Assembly: GCA_004431415.1 (NCBI GenBank)
Contig: QPMI01000557.1
Location: forward strand, 24,313-88,312
Source: Cyanophora paradoxa CCMP329
Lineage: Eukaryota; Plantae; Glaucophyta
Reading direction: 5' to 3'
Length of the DNA: 64,000 nucleotides
Program-made: the position numbers and the translations under genes
Shown: one piece after another, positions 56,619 through 64,000 of the stretch
How the letters are laid out: every line of letters begins with the position of its first letter
Position numbering within the stretch: the first letter of the stretch is position 1
The notes under the pieces: generated by a model
Databases searched by the model: none
What the model was told of the DNA's origin: nothing
What the model saw: the letters and a program-made list of their open reading frames with translations, nothing else

Positions 56619-57443
56619 ATGGCTGAAATTGAACGCATCCTTACAGCTCAGCTCTCACTCGCCGCCCCAGCTACCCACGTTTTACAACACGCTACTTTTG
56701 ATGATGTGGAAGGTCTTGAATCAACAGAAGTTCAGCCGACATTAAACACCTTCGGATCTACACATAAACTTCGATTGCAGGAACTCAGATGTGATAAAAA
56801 TAATGGTGTGGTCAAAACTACAAAGTTGCTAGTTACGAATGCTAATTTTAGCGCAAATTATGGCAATCCAGATAGTTACGGCGATCCTATTTCGACTTAC
56901 TCTTTTGAATCTCGTTCTGGAGCTATAAACTGTCGAAATGGCGGCGCATATATTGGTGATGGTCTTCGTGTTGGGGGAACAATCGGAGCTCCTCTCTTCG
57001 TGAACGACACGCCAAACCCGATCGACAATCTGACGCGGATTCGCACCTATGTCCCCGGTATGAATGCCCCCTATATAATCAAGATATTCCCCATTGTTGT
57101 TAATGAGCAGACATCAGTAGTTGATTCTCTGGTTGAAATTGGTGATCATTATAAGGTAGTAGTCGATATTCCACCAGATATTTATGCACTCTGCCAGGTT
57201 GAGGGTGGTACTCCGAATATTTCAGTTGTGATCACTCCATATGATAATTTCGGGATCGCGTATCATGGTGTAAATTTCGGCCTTGAAGACTACCAGTTCT
57301 TGGTGAGAGCAACCAGGTTTGGTATCTACAAATGCATCCTTTATGCTGAAAGAACCGATGCTATTGCTAAACAGAACACATATGCAGAATATGTTGGTAC
57401 AAACAGGTATTTTCCTATATTCGGCAGCGATACGGCTCCATAG
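56619..57443 (+). CDS. Viral hypothetical protein, paralogue B
   Basis: 274 aa; paralogous to 55741-56595. Confidence 0.8.
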   Translation: MAEIERILTAQLSLAAPATHVLQHATFDDVEGLESTEVQPTLNTFGSTHKLRLQELRCDKNNGVVKTTKLLVTNANFSANYGNPDSYGDPISTYSFESRSGAINCRNGGAYIGDGLRVGGTIGAPLFVNDTPNPIDNLTRIRTYVPGMNAPYIIKIFPIVVNEQTSVVDSLVEIGDHYKVVVDIPPDIYALCQVEGGTPNISVVITPYDNFGIAYHGVNFGLEDYQFLVRATRFGIYKCILYAERTDAIAKQNTYAEYVGTNRYFPIFGSDTAP

Positions 57444-57481
57444 CCGCATTCCTTTGTTTTTTTATATTTTTCCATTAATAG

Positions 57482-57736
57482 ATGGATTTGCTTCGAAAAT
57501 GTATGGATATGTTCCATCTCAACGTCACCAGCAAATTGAATTGTAGTTGCTGCGAAACGACCATTAACCTCGAAATATCGGACACTGAGGGCTCTCGCAC
57601 CCCAGAAACTCAGGTATCGCCTATTAACACACCCGGGACTTCTAGGTCCAATTCTCCATTTACTCGAACTGACTCACCTGTACCTTGGCTTGATGCTGAA
57701 GGCCGAAGATTGTCCTGGCCACCCCAAAGCCGCTGA
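57482..57736 (+). CDS. Small viral hypothetical protein (CSCC motif, S/T-P-rich tail)
   Basis: 84-aa ATG ORF after an AT-rich spacer, ending 60 bp before the right TIR. Confidence 0.55.
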   Translation: MDLLRKCMDMFHLNVTSKLNCSCCETTINLEISDTEGSRTPETQVSPINTPGTSRSNSPFTRTDSPVPWLDAEGRRLSWPPQSR

Positions 57737-57795
57737 AAAGAAAGAAGTCGTTGCTATCAAGTTTCCGAAAGGAAAAGCAGCCAGATTAAGTGGAT

Positions 57796-58355
57796 GAGGC
57801 CGCACCAGAGCGCTCTTGGGACACGAAGTGCTTCAATGTACTCATCATTATCGCCTAGATAGAGCTAAACGCTTTTCCTCTGGTTGCTTCAATGTTCTCA
57901 TCATTTCGCCTAAAATTAACCTAAACGTGCTTCCTCTGTTAGCTTCATCGTACTCATCTATATCGCCTAAAATTAACCTAAACGTGCTTCCTCTGTTAGC
58001 TTCGATGTACACTTCATTATCGCCTAAAATTAACCTAAACGTGTTTCCTCTGATAGCTTCATTGTACACATTAATATCGTCTAGACTATTCTGCCACGTT
58101 GCTCTGCAGACCGCGCTCATGGGGGCAGCGCTCCTCTTCGCCTATTCTTGTTGTCTCCTCTGCCTTGTATAGTCGTCAGATATTGCTAGGCTTCGACCTA
58201 GGGAATCGGATAGTAGACGTAGCTGGATCGGTGGGGTAGACGTATATGGTGAAATAACTAATGAAACGCTGGAGGTATACACTTGAAACGCATGGAATCG
58301 GGGGCTATGGAGCGAAGCGGAATTGCCCGGGTGTGAGGTCCATGCGTATACAACA
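57796..58355 (-). repeat. Right terminal inverted repeat of the virus (560 bp)
   Basis: Reverse complement of 30136-30695. Confidence 0.96.
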
Positions 58356-59459
58356 AACAATGCCTCCGACCTGGCTTGAGAATTCGACATTTTCGCTGGA
58401 GAATTCGATATTTTCGCGCGCCCCCGGCCCTTGCCCCCACCAGCTGTGCGTGCAGCCCGCAGCGCCGGCCCCCGACCCCCGCCGCTGCCCGGCACGCTCT
58501 GGGCCCCGGCACGCCTCGCGCGCCCCCCGGCCCCCGCCTCCCCACCCGGCGTCCCCCTCACCCAGCTGCACATGCAGCCCGCTGGCGCCAGGTACCGGTG
58601 CAGGTGCTCACGCAGCCTGGCAGCGGGCCTCGAGGGAGTGGTGGGGCACAGGAGGGGCCGGGATGGGCCCGCGGAACCGTGCCCGTTCTCCTTCTCCCCA
58701 GGGCGGGCCCCGCGCCTGCGTCGGAGCACTGTGGAAGAACATGTATTATACGTGGATTCAGAATCTATAAGATCAGCGGGGGTGCCCGGGCCCTAGGGGG
58801 ATGGCAATGGCGAGACCAGGGCACCATGTGCCATCCACATCCGGGATCCGTTTCTTTTCGAACTGATATCTTTAGATGGAAATTAGGTTTATTAAATCAA
58901 AGTACATCATAAGAACGACAATCAAGAGGGCTTTCAGAATATATAATAAGGTCGGCGCTCGCAAGTTAACCTAACCCGTAAAGTTGAAAAGGCTGCCAAA
59001 ACGTCTGACGAGCTCTCAAACCTGACATCTGATCATGATCATGAGTCTCCCCCAACGTTTTAACTCTGTCATCATGAAAACTGACCTCGAAGGGTGACTA
59101 CATTACGACTCAACAACAGCCTTTATATTATACATAAAGACTTAAAAAAGCCTCATATATCACCCATTCACTGGGCATAGCTTGTTGGAACGAGATTTCG
59201 GAAATAATTGCGGCCGTGCCCTGACGTGGCCCACCATACCCCACCGCCGTGCCCCAACGTGCCCCACCGTGCTCGCTGCCGTGCCCCGACGTGTCCCCTA
59301 CGTAGACACATTACTCTTGAACATCGCCACACGCATGTGAGCCGCGCCGCCGCCTGCCAAGCCGCCTGCGCCGCCCGGCGAGACGCGCGCCGCCCGCCAC
59401 GCCCTCGCCCCGCCCGGCGAGCCGCCGCACCGCCGCCCGCCGAGCCCCCTTCCTGTGCA

Positions 59460-60740
59460 GCGAGCCCCGCCGTCGCGCGCCAGAGCCGCCGCCCCGCCCG
59501 CGGCCTCGCCGCCGCCCGCCGCGCCTCCGGCCCGTGCGGCGAGCCCCGCCGTCGCGCGCCAGAGCCGCCGCCCCGCCCCGAGAGCCTCGCCGCGGCCGCC
59601 GCGCCTCCGGCCCGTGCGGCGAGCCCCGCCGTCGCGTGCCAGAGCCGCCGCCCCGCCCCGCGGGCCTCGCCGCCGCCCGCCGCGCCTCCGGCCCGTGCGG
59701 CGAGCCCCGCCGTCGCGTGCCAGAGCCGCCGCCCCGCCGCGAGAGCCTCGCCGCCGCCCGCCGCGCCTCCGGCCCGTGCGGCGAGCCCCGCCGTCGCGCG
59801 CCAGAGCCGCCGCCCCGCCCCGCGGGCCTCGCCGCCGCCCGCCGCGCCTCCAGCCCGTGCGGCGAGCCCCGCCGTCGCGCGCCAGAGCCGCCGCCCCGCC
59901 CCGCGGGCCTCGTCGCCACCCGCCGCGCCTCCGGCCCGTGCGGCGAGCCCCGCCGTCGCGCGCCAGAGCCGCCGCCCCGCCCCGCGGGCCTCGCCGCCGC
60001 CCGCTGCGCCTCCGGCCCGTGCGGCGAGCCCGCCGCCGCCCGCCAGAGCCGCTGCCCCGCCCCGCGGGCCTCGTGGCCACCCGCCGCGCCTCCGGCCCGT
60101 GCGGCGAGCCCCGCCGCCGCCCGCCAGAGCCGCCGCCCGCCCCGCGAGCCTCGCCGCCGCCCGCCGCGCCTCCGGCCCGTGCGGCGAGCCCCGCCGTCGC
60201 GCGCCAGAGCCGCCGCCCCGCCCGCGGGCTCGCCACCGGCCGCCGCGCCTCCGGCCCGTTGCGGCGAGCCCCGCCGTCGCGCGCCAGAGCAGCCGCCCGC
60301 CCCGCGGGCCTCGCCGCCGCCGCCGCGCCTCCGGCCCGTGCGGCGAGCCCCGCCGCCGCCCGCCAGAGCCGCTGCCCCGCCCCGCGGGCCTCGTCGCCAC
60401 CCGCCGCGCCTCGGCCGTGCGGCGAGCCCCGCCGCCGCCCGCCAGAGCCGCTGCCCGCCCCGCGAGCCTCGCCGCCGCCCGCCGCGCCTCCGGCCCGTGC
60501 GGCGAGCCCCGCCGCCGCCCGCCAGAGCCGCTGCCCGCCCCGAGAGCTTCGCCGCCGCCCGCCGCGCCTCCGGCCCGTGCGGCGAGCCCCGCCACCGCGC
60601 GCCAGAGCCGCCGCCCCGCCCGCGGGCCTCGCAGCGCCCGCTGCGCCTCCGGCCCGTGCGGCGAGCCCCGCCGTCGCGCGCCAGAGCCGCCGCCCGCCGC
60701 GAGAGCCTCGCGCCGCCCGCCGCGCCTCTCCCTGTGCGAC
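59460..60740. repeat. GC-rich tandem array, ~80-bp unit, ~16 copies
   Basis: cgagcccc recurs about every 79-81 bp from 59461 to ~60662; this explains the long ORFs in all six frames. Confidence 0.93.
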
Positions 60741-63179
60741 GAGCCGCGCCGCCGCACGCCGCGCCGCCGCCGCCGCGCCGCCGCCCGCCGCGCTGCCACC
60801 CGGCCCGCTCAGCGAGCGGCCCATGACCTGTCTATGAGAAAACTTCTAAGCGTGGTACGAACGTTGATTTCGGTTGCTGCAAGGCCGGGTCCCTGCATGG
60901 ATCGCGCTGCGTCAGCATCTGCGCTGTGTCGCCGAGTCGCCCTGCGTGACGAGTACTCAGCCCGGGGACTCATAGGAGACATTGTACCAGAAGTGGCACG
61001 CACGAAGCTTTTCGCTCGCTAGCAGCTCGGGCTGTGTACCGGTTGCCTCTCGCCATATCGCGCTGCAACTACGGTACTCTCGCGGGGCGCCAGTTCTTGG
61101 TACTTTCTGCAACTACGCGCCGCTGCGGCAGTTGCCGCGCGGTAGTAAGTGGCGGCAGTTGCGGCGCAGTTGTACGCTGCAGTACGCAATTTGTACCGGG
61201 GTACACATTCATAAGACCTTCGTCAACGGCACTGCACAGGCTGGCTTCCTCCAGCTGACCGGGCTGGCTGACGCCGAGCAGCAGCGTCGAGCCGCGACTC
61301 CTAGCGTGCGTTTGCCTCTTGTTTATGCGCAGATTCTGTCCTGTTCACGCACATGTCGGACTAACGGACACCTGCCGCGGTCGGTCTCCCGCTGTACACG
61401 TGGCTCCAGCGTGTGCCACGCTCCCTAACTAGCTTTTTAGAGTGGACGGCGATCCTTCCGAGCGCCGAGACGCGAATTCCGTCGCCTTGCCAGGTCCGAA
61501 CAGCCGACATCTGCCTAATCCGTGCCCAACAGGCCTTCCTGACCATCGGAAATGCGCATTGATTGTGCTACTGTGCGCAGAAGCCCTCGGTTGTGCAGGT
61601 CCGCCTTGATCTTGTTGGGACTTCCGTTTGCAGGCCCGAGGCTTGCCCATAAGGCCCTACTGGACATCAATGATGATCTGACTTCCGAAGTTCGCTGTGC
61701 AGGAGCCTTCGGTTGCTCACCCGCGTTCCGCGTTCGGCGGTCTCTCTGGCTCCAGGTACGCTCGCGCCCCAGGGCGCGCTGCGCTTACTAGCAGTGTGTT
61801 CCATCCTATTTCTAGCCTATCGGCTTGCAGACCCTGAGAGCCGCTGCCGCCCCGCCCCCTCGCCCGGAGCCGCTTGTAGTGACTTCCCGCGTGCAGGTAC
61901 CTCTGGCGACACCCCGGCGCGCGCGCCAAGGTGCAAGTGGCGGGCGACAGTGCTACATACAGCCCGTTTAGCTTGTAGATAGCTAGCTACGTATCTGTAG
62001 CTTAGTAGCTCGCTAGCTAGCTAGCTAGCCGTGGTTGTACAATTGATACCGTAGTACTGGATCTTGTTGCAGGGCGCGGGTGCGGGATGCAGGTGCGGCG
62101 CGGCAGCAGGCGCAGGTGAGCACGAGATGAGCGCGAGATGAGCCCCTAGATGAGCACGAGATAGGAAAAAAAGAAAAAAAACTCATCTCGTGCCCACCTC
62201 GATGTGTCGTTTTGCCCTAGATGAGTGCGAGCAGCATCTAGGGGTTTTACCTAGGTGAGCCCTAGATGACCGGGCCTGTGCTTGGACTCGCTCGGGTCGC
62301 GCGCACAACCCTCAAGCGCGTCGGCTGCAGTCAGCGTATCTTCGAGTGCCTCTCTTACTGCTGCGGGACCACCCGACGATGGGCCGGAGGCGAGGCGCGC
62401 GCAGCGGAGGTGGCGCGGCGGGAGTCGCAGGTGCGGTGGATGGAGACGGCGTGCGGTGGATGGAGACGGCGTGCGAGGCCGAGAAGTAGACCTAGGGTTT
62501 CGATCTCGAGCTTCGGTATTCGATTTCGATTTTCGACGTCACTTGCCTATCTGTCTGAGCCCTTACGACTCGACCGGCGGCCCACTGCTAGCCAAACAGC
62601 CGCTAGGGCTAGTCCAGATGTCGTTGGTCGTGTCTGAAATGCATGAGACAGCCTGCAGCAGCGACTTTATTTCGGAATCATAGCTCCCCTAGAATTCATT
62701 TGTAGGCCTGCCGCTGCGCATGTCCGAGGCTCCTCCGAGGTTCATCGTCCGACGGTCCGGTCATCTGACTCAGCCTGGCAGTGATGCCATCATCACTGAG
62801 TCAGATGATCCCGGAGTCCGATGATCATCAGAGTATCTCACTCATGATCAGGCTTTTATTTCTTGATCATCATGGCATCGATACATATCATTTCGAAGTC
62901 GGAAATTCCAAGTTTCCAAGTTTCAAGCCTTGCCCGGCGGCCATCATATGCATGGCATGGCCAGGCTTGCACTGCAATTTATGTTGGAGCCTGGCCCTGT
63001 GGCTTCCGAACTCAGTGACTGCATTTAAAATTTGCCACGCGCTTGGCGGCAGGTTCACGGTTTCGGATTGCGCGGACACAAACTTGACAAGCATGTGCTT
63101 CATGAATTCGAAATTGCGAGCCGAAGGGTTTCGAGTCTGCAGATGGCTGACGAAGCTCAAGTAGAGGGCGAGGTCGGGG

Positions 63180-64000
63180 GCTAGGGAGGGGCGGCGAATG
63201 CGGCGGTGGCGCGGGCGAGGGCGCGGGCCATGGCCCAGCCGAGGGAGCGGGCGGGGAGGGCCGCCTCCAGCGCCCCCGCCAGCTGGCCCCCGCCCCCCGC
63301 CTCAGCAGTGCCCCCCGCCGCACACCCCCGCCCGGCCCCTGCCGCACCGTCACGACTTCCGCGACGACCTCCGCCGCCGGCGCCGATGCGCCCCGGGCCC
63401 GCGCCCCGAACCGCTCCTCCAGCTGCCCCCGCCTCAGACGGAGGGCGCCGGGGCGGGGGGGCGGGCGGACGCGCTGGGAGGGGGTGACGGCGGCGTCGAG
63501 GTCCTGCGGGGGCGGTGAGGGCGGGGGCGGGGGCGTGCGGGCGGGCGGGGTGCCTCCTCGGCGTGGAGGGCGGCCTCGAGGAGCGCCATGGCGGCGGTGG
63601 CCCCTCGCGAACGCCAGCACCTCCCGCGCCCCGCGCCCCGCCCCGTCCCCCGCCCCCGCCCCGGCCCCCGCACCACCGCCCCCACCTCCCACGGGCTCAC
63701 TGCCGCGCGGTTAGCCCGGCGGGGACAGGGGCGGGGCGGCGGGGCGGCACCGAGGTTGTCGGTCTGCTCGGAAGCGGGGTCCGCGACGAAGGGCCCGCCA
63801 GGCGGGGAGCCCCAGGCCACAGTCAGGCTGCTCCCGCGCCCGCGCCCGTCGGCTGCGCCCCGAGCGAGCGCGGTGCAGGGGGAGCACCTGCCCAGGGGCG
63901 AAGCCGGCAGCTCCTCCTCGAGCGCTGCCGGCCCTGTTGGTGCGGCGCGGGGCGCGCGCGAGGCGCTGCGCACGGCCGACAGCGAGGAGGAGGCCCCAGC
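63180..64000 (-). CDS. Probable 3' exons of an unidentified host gene entering from the right edge
   Basis: Host-like GC and short G/C-run introns with cag acceptors separating coding-like segments (DLDAAVTPSQR, LEERFGAR...EVVAEVVT); no recognisable domain. Confidence 0.35.

Larger units (their letters stand above)
30136..58355. mobile_element. Endogenous Polinton/Maverick-like virus, 28,220 bp (21,750 bp without the LINE)
   Basis: 560-bp TIRs, TG...CA ends, 6-bp TSD AACAAT (30130-30135, 58356-58361); intronless, much lower GC than host; pPolB, rve integrase, packaging ATPase, major and minor capsid genes. Confidence 0.96.
28395..62280. mobile_element. Putative non-autonomous CMC-superfamily (CACTA/Chapaev-like) DNA transposon, ~5.66 kb without the nested virus
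   Basis: Perfect 21-bp inverted repeat cacaggcccggtcatctaggg (28395-28415) / ccctagatgaccgggcctgtg (62260-62280); direct CTT on both flanks (28392-28394, 62281-62283); subterminal ctagatgagcacgag-type motifs at both ends; no transposase seen. Confidence 0.75.

Noticed and set aside
30136-58355. Calling the element a mavirus-type virophage or a bacterial prophage/contaminant
   Set aside because: No virophage protease or helicase is recognisable; TIRs, TSD and rve integrase show integration into eukaryotic DNA despite phage-like cargo.
29641-58733. CACAGTG at 29641 and CACTGTG at 58727-58733 as Transib/RSS-like ends around the virus
   Set aside because: Similarity fades after the heptamer and the flanks (gatgt vs gaaga) give no 5-bp TSD.
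59168-61022. 430-600-aa ORFs on both strands
   Set aside because: They are translations of the stop-free ~80-bp GC tandem array.

Overview
The window is from a very GC-rich, intron-dense, probably flagellated microbial eukaryote; I cannot name the host. From 1 to ~27.8 kb lie ordinary host genes with short introns, often GC-AG: a WD40 protein, CFAP73/CCDC42, mitoribosomal mL40, eIF2B-epsilon, a TOM1-like VHS/GAT protein, a multi-C2HC zinc-finger protein, a long-linker metacaspase and DDX49/Dbp8. From 28,395 to 62,280 lies a three-level nest of mobile elements, each level with its own termini and target-site duplication (TSD). (1) Outer: a non-autonomous CACTA/CMC-like DNA transposon with CACAG...CTGTG ends, a 21-bp TIR, 3-bp TSD CTT and three tandem-repeat arrays. 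(2) Middle: a 28.2-kb endogenous Polinton-like virus at 30,136-58,355 with 560-bp TIRs, TG...CA ends and 6-bp TSD AACAAT. It encodes protein-primed PolB, rve integrase, HNH-AP2, packaging ATPase, major capsid, two divergent minor capsid paralogues, a patatin phospholipase and a ~1,820-aa phage-type fibre with an S74 chaperone domain; no maturation protease is recognisable. (3) Inner: a 6.46-kb L1/Tx1-like LINE at 31,726-38,183 with a 12-bp TSD and (TTC)n tail that splits the viral polB; removing it restores a 1,108-aa ORF in frame. Protein calls come from motifs recognised by eye, not database searches, and host exon boundaries are approximate.
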